Assembly: GCA_043745805.1 (NCBI GenBank)
Contig: JAYTSD010000030.1
Span: forward strand, 1 to 50,253
DNA: 50,253 nt
Reading direction: 5' to 3'
Source of the DNA: Fibrobacteria bacterium
GTDB lineage: Bacteria > Fibrobacterota > Fibrobacteria > UBA11236
The notes under the pieces were generated by a model. The model ran no database searches. It had not been told where the DNA came from and saw only the letters and a list, made by a program, of their open reading frames with translations. Position numbers and translations under genes: made by a program. Positions 17,249 to 28,261 of the stretch are shown piece by piece (the stretch's first letter is position 1; the number at the start of each line of letters is the position of its first letter).

Positions 17249-18790
17249 TTATTCTAGTAAATTTAAAATTCCCATTAAGGGAACCATAGCCCAACTGGGT
17301 CGATTATGAATTTCATAACGTAATTCATAAAATGCTTTTTCAAGAACAAACGCTTGTAACCAAAGTTCTCTTTGTGCCATGATTTTATTGTGCTTGGTGT
17401 TTTGATTAGCGCTAGTTTTTTTGGGCAGTAAACTGGTTTTATCCATAGCCGAAAAATAAGCCCCTAAAAAGGCTCTTTGAAAGGATTGAAACCAAAATTC
17501 ACTCCAAGATGAAAGCTTGGGATCCGATCCCGAATCGATCCAAGCACTCTGCGCGGCATAATGAAACGAGCGTAGCATTCCCGCTACATCTTTCAAAGCA
17601 CTTTGTTTTTCTCTACGATCTGCAAAATTTCTTAAGGGTTCGCCTTCAAAATCGATAATGACAAAATCTATTCCATTAAAAAGCACTTGTCCCAAATGAT
17701 AATCGCCATGTACACGAATTTTTTGCGAAGCGGTGAGTTCGGTATTAAGTTCCGCTGCGGCATTTAATACGCCCTTCATTTTGTGTGCTTGCTTTAAAAT
17801 AAATTGTGCTTTATCTTGCATTGACTTGGGCCACTTGGGCATGGCCAATCGCATATCTTTAAGCGTTTGATTGACCGTTAAAACAAAGTTTTTCTGCGCG
17901 GCTTGTTCCGATGCTGGCGTAAATTTTTCAGGCTTGAACGCTTTACCTTTTAATTTTTGCAATGACATGTGCAGTTCTGCTGTTCTTTGTCCTAATAAAT
18001 GCACTAGGGCCAAATCCTTATTGGCAATAGGCTCAGGACCTTCTGAAGCTTTATTGGCTTTTTGCAAATATTTTTTTGCCATGCCTAAAAACAGTTCCCA
18101 AGCATTTTCTCGATGAGGGATATTTTTTGATAATAAAGCTACAGTGAAAGGTTTTTGCTCAGCATTTTCCATTTCCAATTGCGCCACAAATTTTGGTATA
18201 CAGGATAAAGTAGTTTGTTCACTTAAGGCTTGTAGCAATTCCGGTTCAGGATTTATTCCTAATTCTACGCGACGATAAATTTTCAGAAAATATTCTTTCC
18301 CATAAATAATGCCCGAATTACTTTGATCCACGCTACTTAAACGTGACGTTTTGGGTAATTTATTTGGCGGCTCTTCCAATAAAAAAGCTAATAAGGCTTG
18401 GCGGAATTCTTGAGAAAATAATGCGTCGACAAAAATTCCTTTTGCATTTTCAACTTGATACGGCGCTATAATTCCATGGGGAAAGGTTTGGGAAAATTGC
18501 TCTTCCACTTTACCTTGCAAGGCAGCAATAGGTAACACATAAGTTTCGGTAACTTTTTTTTCAAATTCACATTCTAACAATAAAATATGGAAATTTTCTT
18601 GATGATGAAAAGTGTAGCTCTGTATTAGTTTTATGCCTACTAGCTTTTTGCCTTTGGCACTGTACCAACGTGAGGCCAATAAAAAACGCTCAAAAATCGG
18701 TTTCCACAGCTTGGGCTTTTCTGCTATACTGGCTAGCAAGTTTTCGGGTTTTACCGATATTGTGGAAATGTTTTTGGATTGGCTAGCCAT
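17249..18790 (-). CDS. Maltokinase-like protein (Mak/Pep2, TreS C-terminal type)
   Basis: RWYSAKG, DQSNS, LKIYRR, LGQRTAELH, RVHGDYHLGQVL, IIDFEGEP, DVAGMLRSFHYAA, LEKAFYELRYE. Confidence 0.88.
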   Translation of the reverse strand: MASQSKNISTISVKPENLLASIAEKPKLWKPIFERFLLASRWYSAKGKKLVGIKLIQSYTFHHQENFHILLLECEFEKKVTETYVLPIAALQGKVEEQFSQTFPHGIIAPYQVENAKGIFVDALFSQEFRQALLAFLLEEPPNKLPKTSRLSSVDQSNSGIIYGKEYFLKIYRRVELGINPEPELLQALSEQTTLSCIPKFVAQLEMENAEQKPFTVALLSKNIPHRENAWELFLGMAKKYLQKANKASEGPEPIANKDLALVHLLGQRTAELHMSLQKLKGKAFKPEKFTPASEQAAQKNFVLTVNQTLKDMRLAMPKWPKSMQDKAQFILKQAHKMKGVLNAAAELNTELTASQKIRVHGDYHLGQVLFNGIDFVIIDFEGEPLRNFADRREKQSALKDVAGMLRSFHYAAQSAWIDSGSDPKLSSWSEFWFQSFQRAFLGAYFSAMDKTSLLPKKTSANQNTKHNKIMAQRELWLQAFVLEKAFYELRYEIHNRPSWAMVPLMGILNLLE

Positions 18791-18793
18791 GAT

Positions 18794-19939
18794 TTATAAT
18801 TCCACCCAAGTTGCACCATTTTTTGCGCTCTCTACAGCTTTCACCACAAATTGCATGCCACGTAAACCATCATATACATTAGGGTAATCGCCCACCAAAG
18901 GTTCTCCTGCTTTAAGACGACGAATGTCTTGAATGGCCATTTTATAAATATTCGCAAAGGCTTCAAAATAGCCTTCGGGATGCCCATTAGGAACTCGTGT
19001 GCCTTGTTTAGCCGCCTCAGACATATAACTATGTCCAGTGCGTAAATGTTGCCAAGGCTTATCCTGCTGTTTAAAAATCAAAGTGTTCGGCTCTTGCTGT
19101 CCCCATTCCAAAGAAGCTTTGCTGCCATAAATACGAATGCGCAAATTATTTTCTTCGCCGCAAGCGATTTGCGAAGCCGATAAAATGCCTTTGCCGCCAT
19201 TTTCTAAGCGTAACAATATATTTGCATCATCTTCTAATTGCCGGCCTGCCACAAAGGACGTGAAATCCGCGCAGAGGGATTTTATTTTTAATCCCGTTAT
19301 ATATTCCACCATATTTTCGCCATGCGTACCAATATCTCCCACGCAACAAGAGATGCCGGCCTTGTTAGGATCCGTGCGCCATGCGGCTTGCTTATTGCCC
19401 ATTTTTTCCACAGCTTCCATCAACCAGTCTTGATGATACTCTACCACTACTTTGCGAATATCTCCTAATTCACCGCGCTTAACAATTTCTCTCGCATGCC
19501 GTACACAAGGGTAACCTGTATAGGTATGGGTTAAAGCGAATATTAATTTTTTTTCTTCGACGATTTTAATTAATTCTTTCGCTTCTTCAATGGTGAAAGT
19601 CATCGGCTTATCACACACCACATTAATGCCATTTTCCAAAAACTTTTTTGCGACTGCAAAATGCAAATTGTTAGGTGTAGCCACAATCACAAAATCAATG
19701 CCATTTTTGAGCTGACATTCTGTTTCGGCCATGGTAATATAGCTTTCATAGCCTCTTTCGATATACCAAGCTGCGGCACTTTCCATTGCTCGAATTGGAT
19801 CGGAAGATAAAGCACAAGCCTGTATTTCCGCTTGCCCATCTAACTCAGCAGCAATACGATGTACCGCTCCAATGAAAGCGCCTGAGCCTCCCCCAACGAT
19901 GCCGGCCCTTAATTTTCTCTTATATATTTCATGGCTCAT
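18794..19939 (-). CDS. Gfo/Idh/MocA family oxidoreductase
   Basis: GIVGGGSGAFIGAVHR, ATPNNLH, CDKP, WRTDP..GDIGTH, GHPEGYFEAFANIY. Confidence 0.93.
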   Translation of the reverse strand: MSHEIYKRKLRAGIVGGGSGAFIGAVHRIAAELDGQAEIQACALSSDPIRAMESAAAWYIERGYESYITMAETECQLKNGIDFVIVATPNNLHFAVAKKFLENGINVVCDKPMTFTIEEAKELIKIVEEKKLIFALTHTYTGYPCVRHAREIVKRGELGDIRKVVVEYHQDWLMEAVEKMGNKQAAWRTDPNKAGISCCVGDIGTHGENMVEYITGLKIKSLCADFTSFVAGRQLEDDANILLRLENGGKGILSASQIACGEENNLRIRIYGSKASLEWGQQEPNTLIFKQQDKPWQHLRTGHSYMSEAAKQGTRVPNGHPEGYFEAFANIYKMAIQDIRRLKAGEPLVGDYPNVYDGLRGMQFVVKAVESAKNGATWVEL

Positions 19940-19972
19940 AATTGCTCTTGATGTTAAAAATGCAAAAAAATT

Positions 19973-20013
19973 TGTTTACAAACATTATTCTGATCGTAAC
20001 ATAAACGTTACGA
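19973..20013. promoter_or_regulatory. Putative operator palindromes upstream of the oxidoreductase
   Basis: TGTTT-AC-AAACA (19973-19984) and TCGTAAC-N6-GTTACGA (19994-20013). Confidence 0.4.
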
Positions 20014-20082
20014 AATTTCTCGATTTATTTTTTTCACTTAATTAGTGTTTTTAAAACTTTAAGTTCGTTTTTAGGATCTTTT

Positions 20083-21330
20083 TTATGATCGATAAGCTTC
20101 ACGGCCATAGCCTTGTACCGGAATACCTTGTGCTGCCAATACTTCATGCTGTAAGGCATACATACAAGCAGCCGCTTCATCGATAGCTCTTGTGAAAGCT
20201 AAAGAACCTTTTAAGATGGGTGCTAATTTTGCCTTATCCTGAATACGTGCTTTGGGATATTCATGTTCTACCACCAAATAAGTATTCTCCGCATCGATGT
20301 TGAGCAATTCACGAGCGGCGAGTTGATGATCAAGCCAATCCACCGAACGATTTTGCAAATAGGCTAATGGATCATGCTTTGCTGTCCCAGGCAATTCATG
20401 TTCAGCCAACACGACTTGCTTTTTCCAAGCATTACCGTGATCGGCTGGGTTTTCTGAAGGCTTTCCATTTTTCCAATCGCCGCGTTCCAAAGTTTGACCG
20501 CCATAACCCCAAGCGGAAACACCGCGCGAATCTACTACTTGACCTTTAACATGAAAACCTGCGATTAAAAAATTATATCCGGTGTCTTTTAAGTATTGAA
20601 ATAATGAACGCGTATCTTGTCCCATTAATATGGCATGAGAGGGATCATAATGGATACGAAATTGATTTCCTACACCATGCTTTTCACAAATTTTATGTAA
20701 GGCAATCCAAGGGCCTGGCGCATAGGCAATATTATTATGCCAATTGTCTAGCACAGTCCAGCCGGGCATAGGGCATTGTTCTACGCGATAAGTTAAGCCA
20801 CGCGTTTTCGCTTCTTTAAGCAAAGGTACAAAGGTTTCTTCGAACATAATCAAGTTTTGATCCATAGAGAGTTTTTGATTGCGTCCTACAAAACCACATA
20901 CCGCATCGGTTCCCAGTAACACCGCCGCGTCAAAGACCCGTAACATAAAATCCATCTTTTTTTGGCGAATCACATTATCTTCATGCAACATATTATCGAA
21001 ATAACCCAAGTCCGAAAGACCCACTCCCGTGGCCTTCATAGCCGCTTGCACGCGTGTCGCACGTTCTTTATTAAAAGGTTGACGAAGGTCCAAGGTATTC
21101 GCCACAGGGTCCAGCAAAGCTTCGGCAGGAATATCGCTTTCCGAAGGATGTAAAGCGGATGACAATTGAATATTAGGAGAATTAATATCCTTCGAAAATT
21201 GCAACCAATCTTCAATGGCTAAATCGGGATCCGCATCACGTTTGGCGCGTGGAGTTAACTCTTGCAAAGCAGCGGTAAGCACGCTGAGCTTCATAGTTTT
21301 AGGAGCAAAACTTTGTACTGACATAAACAT
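20083..21330 (-). CDS. Sugar phosphate isomerase/epimerase family TIM-barrel protein
   Basis: [26 protein letters not shown] and VEHE metal-ligand pattern. Confidence 0.8.
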   Translation of the reverse strand: MFMSVQSFAPKTMKLSVLTAALQELTPRAKRDADPDLAIEDWLQFSKDINSPNIQLSSALHPSESDIPAEALLDPVANTLDLRQPFNKERATRVQAAMKATGVGLSDLGYFDNMLHEDNVIRQKKMDFMLRVFDAAVLLGTDAVCGFVGRNQKLSMDQNLIMFEETFVPLLKEAKTRGLTYRVEQCPMPGWTVLDNWHNNIAYAPGPWIALHKICEKHGVGNQFRIHYDPSHAILMGQDTRSLFQYLKDTGYNFLIAGFHVKGQVVDSRGVSAWGYGGQTLERGDWKNGKPSENPADHGNAWKKQVVLAEHELPGTAKHDPLAYLQNRSVDWLDHQLAARELLNIDAENTYLVVEHEYPKARIQDKAKLAPILKGSLAFTRAIDEAAACMYALQHEVLAAQGIPVQGYGREAYRS

Positions 21331-21542
21331 TTCCTTCCCCTCTTTTCAAGTCAATGAAAAGAATAGCTAATCAACCTTTTAAACTCTTATTCCTCGTTGA
21401 GGAAACAGGTCATATATAGCTTTTTTGATAATGCAGGGTCAAGCTTTGAGCCTAAACTTCCTAGGGAAAACTCGTCGAAAGTATTTTTGGTTGAGATTTA
21501 AAAAAAGTGGGTGTTCACAATATTAGCGGTAAACTTGCCTAG

Positions 21543-22223
21543 CTATTCCTGATTTTTTTTGCTCACCAGATGCAAATATTGAAATGTTAAAAAACTTCGA
21601 AAGGGCCAATAATCCATTAAACTCGCTAAACAATCAAAGGGACAGCTGCTTTCGCGTACTCTTAAATTGCGCTTTTCTTTAATCGATAAAAGTCCAGCCT
21701 GATCGATCATTTCTAAAGTGTTTTTGTGAGTAAAAAATCGTAGATGAGTCGAATCGTGAATACCCCGTTTACGATAGGGCCAGCGCCTAAATAAAATCAA
21801 ATCAACCAGCGTTGTGTAATGTCCAATATTTGGAACACTAAGCACCACTTTACCTTTGGCAGATAATAAGGAACTGGCCTGCTTTAATATTAACCAAGGA
21901 TCAATTAAATGCTCGAGCACATCTCCGAAGAGAATTAAGTCGTATAAATGGGGGTGTGCAAAAGAAAGCAAATCCGTTTGGTTCAAATCACCCTGCCAAA
22001 CTTTTTCCAAATGATTTTCAGCTTGTAAAGCCATAGCCGGATCATATTCTATTCCAGTAACAATAGAACCATATTTTTGTTGAAAAAAAGCTCCCATTTT
22101 TCCGGTAGCACAGCCTACATCTAATACTGTTTTGGGTTGGAAATCAATTAAATCCAATATATCTGTTCTAAGTCCAGTATACGCAGAGTTAAAGTTGCAG
22201 CCTGTTTGTTCGCTAACCTTCAC
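21543..22223 (-). CDS. Class I SAM-dependent methyltransferase
   Basis: VLDVGCATG, GDVLEHL.DP, SVPNI, GIHDSTHLRFFT. Confidence 0.9.
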   Translation of the reverse strand: MKVSEQTGCNFNSAYTGLRTDILDLIDFQPKTVLDVGCATGKMGAFFQQKYGSIVTGIEYDPAMALQAENHLEKVWQGDLNQTDLLSFAHPHLYDLILFGDVLEHLIDPWLILKQASSLLSAKGKVVLSVPNIGHYTTLVDLILFRRWPYRKRGIHDSTHLRFFTHKNTLEMIDQAGLLSIKEKRNLRVRESSCPFDCLASLMDYWPFRSFLTFQYLHLVSKKNQE

Positions 22224-22225
22224 TT

Positions 22226-23311
22226 TTAAGCTTCAACTTGTTTTAATAACCGTTCCATAGGCTTTAATGTACCGTGTAAGGAAAAATAATTCTCGAAAAT
22301 TATGCGGGTATTTTGTTCCAGTTTTTTGCCAAAGATGCTGTTCTCACACAAAACTTTAATTTGCTCACATAAAGCTTCTGCATTTGCAGCCGGAACTAAA
22401 ATCAAATCTGTTTGATCCTGAAAATAATGCCTAATCGCTTCGGAATCCCTAGTAATCATGGCTTTTCCCATGGCCGCACATTGTACTATTTTATTGGGAA
22501 CCACATTCCCCGCTTTCACCGTATCCCCAAAAATACCTAAGCAAATATCCGCTTGCTGAATTTTAAGAGCTAATTCTTCCGGAGTCATCCAATCTAAAAA
22601 TCCAACATGGGTGAGTTTTAACTGTTGCGCTAATGCTCGCATTTGTGCATAAGTTTGTCCTTTGCCTATCAGGGTAAATGCCATGTTACTATTGTCTTTT
22701 AAAATTTCCGCGGCTTTTAATATGGTATCAATTCCTTGCAGAGGGATATAACTTCCATAAAATAAAATTTGCGTTTTGTTTTGTACCATAGAAGAATCAA
22801 CTAGGGTGACTTTTTTGCGTAAGTGAAAAATATTTTCATCCACTCCAACAGGAATAATGGTAAAGGGTTGCGACAAATGATATTTGTGATAAAAGTAATG
22901 TTTATGCTCCGCAGTATCGAAAATCAAATAGTCGGCAAAAAAACAACCCGACCAATCTTGCCATAAACAAATCCATGCTTGTAATCCACCGCGTTTATAA
23001 AGCTGGCGATCTTCGATACGTGTATTATAACGAGAAATAAAAGGATCGAAAACAATTTTTTTATGCGTTAATAACGCGAAAAGCTTTATCCAAGGAACTA
23101 AGCGATGGCCACCCTCCGTGATCCAAATACAACTTATTTGGCGATGAACTTTAAGATATTTCCACGCTAAAATGAAATGCCGCCAAGGAAACGCCGCGCG
23201 TGAATGGCAAAGTATGATTTCTCTTCCGGTTAATGCAATCAATTTTTGTATGCATTGATTACGTGGATAATCTAATTCATGATGCCCCAATACGCAGATT
23301 TTATTAGGCAT
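22226..23311 (-). CDS. Glycosyltransferase family 4 (GT-B)
   Basis: LFYGSYIPLQGID, ADICLGIFG, VPNK..AAMGK. Confidence 0.88.
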   Translation of the reverse strand: MPNKICVLGHHELDYPRNQCIQKLIALTGREIILCHSRAAFPWRHFILAWKYLKVHRQISCIWITEGGHRLVPWIKLFALLTHKKIVFDPFISRYNTRIEDRQLYKRGGLQAWICLWQDWSGCFFADYLIFDTAEHKHYFYHKYHLSQPFTIIPVGVDENIFHLRKKVTLVDSSMVQNKTQILFYGSYIPLQGIDTILKAAEILKDNSNMAFTLIGKGQTYAQMRALAQQLKLTHVGFLDWMTPEELALKIQQADICLGIFGDTVKAGNVVPNKIVQCAAMGKAMITRDSEAIRHYFQDQTDLILVPAANAEALCEQIKVLCENSIFGKKLEQNTRIIFENYFSLHGTLKPMERLLKQVEA

Positions 23312-24773
23312 GATAAGTATTAAATTTTTTCCAGTAATGCTTAGTAATTAGTCCAAAAATGATTAATGGCAAAGTAAAAAGTATTACCCTTAATCCTAGA
23401 TGCAAATTATTGAAAGATTGGATAAGGGCGAAAGGAGCAAAAATAATGAGGCTCAAAAACATTGGCCAAATATAATTCCACTGTACAAACCAAGATTTAG
23501 TAAAAATTCTTAATCCAATAAATACCGTTAATCCGCCTACAAAATTCGATAAGCCTATGGCGAAGGCCGCCCCTTCTAAGCCCCAATGCGGAACCAGCAA
23601 AAAATTTAAGGTCGTGCTCAAACAAAAAAATATCCCCTGGGAAACGGGTATCATAAAGCTTTTACCCATTCCCATAATAACTTGACCGGAAAAAGCTCCG
23701 ATATTATTGATCAATATAAAGAATACGGCAATCAAAAGAGCAATATTTCCTTGCGCATAAGTTGCACCAATTAGACTTAGTAATTCTTTACCAAAAAAAT
23801 AGGCAAAATAAAATATAGGGATTTGTACACTCGTCACTAACCAAGTAGCATAATTAAAGTTTTTCATTTTTTCAGTTTGCAAATCATCGCCATGTTTTGA
23901 AAAGACAGCCAGCATAATGCCATCAAAAGATTGACGTAAAGACCGCAGGGTATTGGCTATCATAACAATAATGGAATAAACCTCTACTGCTTCAATACCC
24001 GCATATTTTGCGAGTAATATTACATCCATGCGCGTCGCAAAACTCATTACAAAATCAGTAGTAGAAAGTGGTAATGAGAATTTTAAAACGCGTGACGGCG
24101 GAAAAATCGACCAAGACCAATTTTCCCATTTAATATGGTAACAGCGTATGCAAGCGACAATGGAAAAAACAAAGCCGAGTAAGTTTCCAATAAAATAAGG
24201 CCATGCTAAGCCATAGGGTTTCCAAAAGGTCCAGGCTAAAAAAATTGCTGGACCATAAATGGTAAATGGCAAAATAAAATTACGGACAATTAAACTATAG
24301 CCCAACATTTTTTTATTGATGAACGCTTGCGTCATCAATAAGGTTCCTGCTTGCAACGGTAAAGCCAACAAAAACAACATCAGTTTACCCAAGCCGATTT
24401 GTGGAATATTATGCGTCCACAAACCTTTACCTGGTAACCATTCTAGTTGTTGCAAAAATAAAAACCCAACAATAAGCAAGGACAAAGTGAATACCAAATT
24501 AAAGATGCGGGAAAAGTTTTGAATATATTCTTTATCGTCGGCACATTTGGAATAGTACCAGATAACGCCTCTATCCAGTCCTAGAGAAGCCAAACGCAAA
24601 AGTAGGAGAATTAAGCTTTCATAATATTTAAAAACGCCCCATTCCCCACCAGCATAGGCTTTAGCACAAACCAAAACCATTAATGGTTCCAAAATTTTGG
24701 AACCATTATCGAGAAACATAAAGCGTGAGCCTTTGTTTATAAACTGCCTAGATTCGGAATGCGCGGTGGCCAT
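23304..24773 (-). CDS. Oligosaccharide flippase (Wzx/MOP family)
   Basis: Many TM segments, SLGLD, RMDVILL, LNFLLVPHWGLEGAA; start set at ATG 24773. Confidence 0.85.
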   Translation of the reverse strand: MATAHSESRQFINKGSRFMFLDNGSKILEPLMVLVCAKAYAGGEWGVFKYYESLILLLLRLASLGLDRGVIWYYSKCADDKEYIQNFSRIFNLVFTLSLLIVGFLFLQQLEWLPGKGLWTHNIPQIGLGKLMLFLLALPLQAGTLLMTQAFINKKMLGYSLIVRNFILPFTIYGPAIFLAWTFWKPYGLAWPYFIGNLLGFVFSIVACIRCYHIKWENWSWSIFPPSRVLKFSLPLSTTDFVMSFATRMDVILLAKYAGIEAVEVYSIIVMIANTLRSLRQSFDGIMLAVFSKHGDDLQTEKMKNFNYATWLVTSVQIPIFYFAYFFGKELLSLIGATYAQGNIALLIAVFFILINNIGAFSGQVIMGMGKSFMIPVSQGIFFCLSTTLNFLLVPHWGLEGAAFAIGLSNFVGGLTVFIGLRIFTKSWFVQWNYIWPMFLSLIIFAPFALIQSFNNLHLGLRVILFTLPLIIFGLITKHYWKKFNTYHA

Positions 24774-24775
24774 GT

Positions 24776-26710
24776 TTATTTTAAAATATTCTCTGGGCAT
24801 TGTTTACCCAAACGTTGACAAAGTTCAAGACGACCTTTAATCGCATGAATATGCTTGCGAATCCAAGGTACTTGTTGCTCTCGCTGAGTTTTATCTTCCC
24901 AGAGGTTATGATCTTCTATGGGATCCATTTGCAAATTATATAAACGAGGGCTATGTACATTATTCATAATGAATTTAAAATTTCCATTTTGCACGTAACA
25001 GCCTTCAAAGCTCCAAGCCCTTATTTCACAAGTATTCTGCGCACTTAATACCCTTACGCTATCCCAGCCCGGTTGCCATAAACTATGTCCCAAATATTTT
25101 CCACGAAAAGGTTCCACATTTAATACACCCCAAAAATCTAATACGGTAGGGGTTATGTCTAAATTTTGTACCGGAGAATTTTTCCATTTTAACTGCATAG
25201 CTCTTAAGTTTTTAAACTGCTCGATCTCCATCGCTTGAGCAGGGTAACTTATCCAATACGGTACCCGCATAGCTTCCTCATAGTAACTCGCTAATCGCCC
25301 TAAGTTTCTTGCGTGTACATTTTCGCCATGATCAGCGGTTCCATAGATTAAGGTGCTGGATAGTAAATCTTCTTCTTGAAGAATATGATATATTTCAGCA
25401 TTCACACTATCCAAGTAGTGCACTGCCGTTTGATATTTCGCAAGAGATCCATCGGGATAAGGATTCTTACCTGGGCCTCCATAATATGGATAATGGGTGG
25501 CATTAAATTGTATAACACCAAAAAATTTCTGCCCTTGAGCTTTTAATAATTTCAATTCTTTGCGCAATGAATCTAAAGGTAAGGCATCCGCCACACCCAA
25601 ATCATTATCGCGTGGACGATGGAAGGAGCGACGTGTTACTACATAATCTACATGGTTGCCCAAAAAGAATTCATCAAAATGTTCCCATTGCCAATCTTGA
25701 CAAGTGATCAAAAAGGTTTTGAATCCCAAAGCATGAGCCACATTGAATAAAGTGGGGTAACGGTGAAAATCATAAGACGTCATTTCCGGTGCCACACCAG
25801 TTAAAATACTGGGAACGCTTACATTGGTAGCTCCCGAATTAGTCCACGCCTTAGAAAAAACCGTGGTTAAGCTATCGGCAAAAATATTTTGTAAACGCGG
25901 AGCAATAACTGTGGCATTTAAGTTATTGATAAATCCAGTTTGCGGCACAAAAGCATCACTGCGCAAACTTTCATTTATAATTAATAAAGTATTAAAAGGA
26001 TTTTGCGTTTTGATTCCAATTATGTCTAGTCTATGCGGCGTTTGTAAATTAGTTTTATTCCCGCTTTGCATAAGCACAAATTGATAAAGCCCTCTCATCC
26101 AATTAGCATCAAGGGGTAATGGATTTTGAAATCGATGCCAACCAAGCGCCATTCCACCACTAATAATAGTGTTAAGTAATAGGAATCCTATCAATCCTAA
26201 ACGCCAAACCTTGGGTAATTTTTCTGTCCACCGACTTAAGTAAAATCCACTTTTACGAAAATGCCAAACCGTAATTAAAGGCCCTAGAATTAATGTCAAA
26301 ATACATATTGGGGATAAAACACCGGCGACCATGCTCCAGGCATTTAAAGGTTCATTGACTGCAAACTCTAGTACATGCACCGTAGGGTAATGAAAAAATT
26401 CTTTTAGATATCCCATACTTATAATGATCGCCATCCACAAATGTACTGCAATGAGTAAAGTGGCTATAGACTTCGCATAAATAATTTGTCGCCATTTCGA
26501 ATGCTCTTGATTTTTAAAATAGCGTAAAGCTTCTAAAAACAATAAGGCCATAGTCCATGCGGAAAAAGAAAACCATAAACCCGTGAGATATACACGCCAC
26601 TCGGGAGTTTCCCAAGTCATAAATACTTTATGCTTTTCGGCCATCCAATCCAACAAACTCAGTAGGGCAGGCAAAGACAGCACGTATGCTGAACGAAATA
26701 GAAAAACCAT
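24776..26710 (-). CDS. Membrane-anchored sulfatase-like / phosphoethanolamine-transferase-like enzyme
   Basis: N-terminal TM helices; INESLRSD, catalytic Thr region GATNVSVPSILTG, THYPY, ADHGE, DITPTVLD, LYNLQMDP.E. Confidence 0.8.
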   Translation of the reverse strand: MVFLFRSAYVLSLPALLSLLDWMAEKHKVFMTWETPEWRVYLTGLWFSFSAWTMALLFLEALRYFKNQEHSKWRQIIYAKSIATLLIAVHLWMAIIISMGYLKEFFHYPTVHVLEFAVNEPLNAWSMVAGVLSPICILTLILGPLITVWHFRKSGFYLSRWTEKLPKVWRLGLIGFLLLNTIISGGMALGWHRFQNPLPLDANWMRGLYQFVLMQSGNKTNLQTPHRLDIIGIKTQNPFNTLLIINESLRSDAFVPQTGFINNLNATVIAPRLQNIFADSLTTVFSKAWTNSGATNVSVPSILTGVAPEMTSYDFHRYPTLFNVAHALGFKTFLITCQDWQWEHFDEFFLGNHVDYVVTRRSFHRPRDNDLGVADALPLDSLRKELKLLKAQGQKFFGVIQFNATHYPYYGGPGKNPYPDGSLAKYQTAVHYLDSVNAEIYHILQEEDLLSSTLIYGTADHGENVHARNLGRLASYYEEAMRVPYWISYPAQAMEIEQFKNLRAMQLKWKNSPVQNLDITPTVLDFWGVLNVEPFRGKYLGHSLWQPGWDSVRVLSAQNTCEIRAWSFEGCYVQNGNFKFIMNNVHSPRLYNLQMDPIEDHNLWEDKTQREQQVPWIRKHIHAIKGRLELCQRLGKQCPENILK

Positions 26711-26728
26711 TAAAGAAAATTAAAAAAA

Positions 26729-28204
26729 CTAATAAGGTGCATCTACTGACAAATTCAATTGTATTCCATGTGAGCCATGAAATCCCAATTGCGTGCGGAA
26801 TAGAAAAATATCGGGACGCCTTACACGAATACCAAATCCCCAGGAATTTTTATACCCCAAATAATCAATACGCTCTATACTTTTTCCCACATTACCATAT
26901 TCATCAAATAAAACACCTTCTACTAAACGCATAACCGGAAAACGATATTCTGCTCCTGTAGATACCGACGCATAATCCCTAAAACGCGCTCCACCATAGC
27001 CACGCATCGGCGTATCATTTCCAAGCGTAGACAAGCCATAAACCGGCATATGATTACCAGCCACCTCATAACTTTGCGCAGCATAAAAATGGAAAGCAAT
27101 CACTTTGCGATTAAATATTTGTTCTCTTAATTTGGAATATTCCATATTCTCTAAAAACTTTTTCATGCTTAAATTCCCGCGCTTGCGTTCTTCCTGAGGA
27201 GATATTTCATAAGTTTCTGCTCCTAGTTTAAAGTATTTCGTACCGAGCATTTCCCAACCATGATAATCATGTTGCGCATTCGTGTAATGATAAGCCCATC
27301 CGAAACTAAAATTCGATCCTGAAAGTGGAATATTTTCATTGCTACGTGTATCACGACTAATGCCAAATCCCATAGACTGATCCCACCATGCTTGATTCAA
27401 TCCACGTAATTGCGGATCTATTTGCCCACTGTCATTACGAAAAAAATCGCTCGTTAATTTATTCCCCGGCTGCGGAGGCGATTCGCTATATAAATTATCC
27501 CGAAAACTTGTGCCCATGGTAGCGGAAAATTTTTCGAATAAAAGATGAGAAAGTTGTGCCCCATAGACATAGGAGGTATCTGCATAATACCAATACCCAC
27601 CATCTCCAGGTTGACGTACCGAATAATTTTTGATGTGATTTAAAGCAAATGAAATTTTAAAAGAAAAATCGGTTCCAATCACATTTTTCATCGTTAAATA
27701 TGTGCGAAATCTTGTATCTCCATTTACATAAAAGTTTAATCTTGATACCAAAGATTCCGTGGGTCGACTAAAAATCGAATTGTGACGAAAAGTAAGTCCC
27801 GTGTTTGAGCTCGTACCCGTCGCTAAATTCAAAGTGGGATAAATCATCATTTGATTTTTTTCACCAAAGCTAATGAGTTGAATGGTTCTATCAATGACAT
27901 TTTCATTTATCACATACCGCAAAGGTGCCTTGGTGGGATAAATCAAAACATTAACCGCTGGCACTAAAAATGTTTCTACCGGCCAAGTCAATATTTGCAA
28001 AACGGGATTCGCTAAATATTCATATATAATATTTTGATTTGCAGGATTAACACTATCCGCAGAAATTGATGTGGAATCAATAGGAGTCGGTAAACGTGTT
28101 TTACCCATAGCACTGACATTTTCCGCAGCTTCAGTTAAAATAACCGCAGATAAAGCCATGTAAAGGGCGCAAAGGAAAGTCTTGCTCCGAAGGAAACTAT
28201 GCAT
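26729..28204 (-). CDS. Omp85 (BamA/TamA-like) beta-barrel protein without evident POTRA domains
   Basis: Signal peptide, RDTRSN..P.SG, LG...MRGY...RFRD, AEYRFP, WGFGIR. Confidence 0.75.
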   Translation of the reverse strand: MHSFLRSKTFLCALYMALSAVILTEAAENVSAMGKTRLPTPIDSTSISADSVNPANQNIIYEYLANPVLQILTWPVETFLVPAVNVLIYPTKAPLRYVINENVIDRTIQLISFGEKNQMMIYPTLNLATGTSSNTGLTFRHNSIFSRPTESLVSRLNFYVNGDTRFRTYLTMKNVIGTDFSFKISFALNHIKNYSVRQPGDGGYWYYADTSYVYGAQLSHLLFEKFSATMGTSFRDNLYSESPPQPGNKLTSDFFRNDSGQIDPQLRGLNQAWWDQSMGFGISRDTRSNENIPLSGSNFSFGWAYHYTNAQHDYHGWEMLGTKYFKLGAETYEISPQEERKRGNLSMKKFLENMEYSKLREQIFNRKVIAFHFYAAQSYEVAGNHMPVYGLSTLGNDTPMRGYGGARFRDYASVSTGAEYRFPVMRLVEGVLFDEYGNVGKSIERIDYLGYKNSWGFGIRVRRPDIFLFRTQLGFHGSHGIQLNLSVDAPY

Positions 28205-28261
28205 CTTAAAGGTATTGTATAAAAAAAGGCTGCGAAACAGTAGTAAATAACGCTTTATCCA

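Noticed and set aside
26711-26731. Possible read-through fusion of Omp85 and the sulfatase-like gene (same frame)
   Set aside because: Two in-frame stops (TAG, TAA) separate them, and the proteins belong in different membranes
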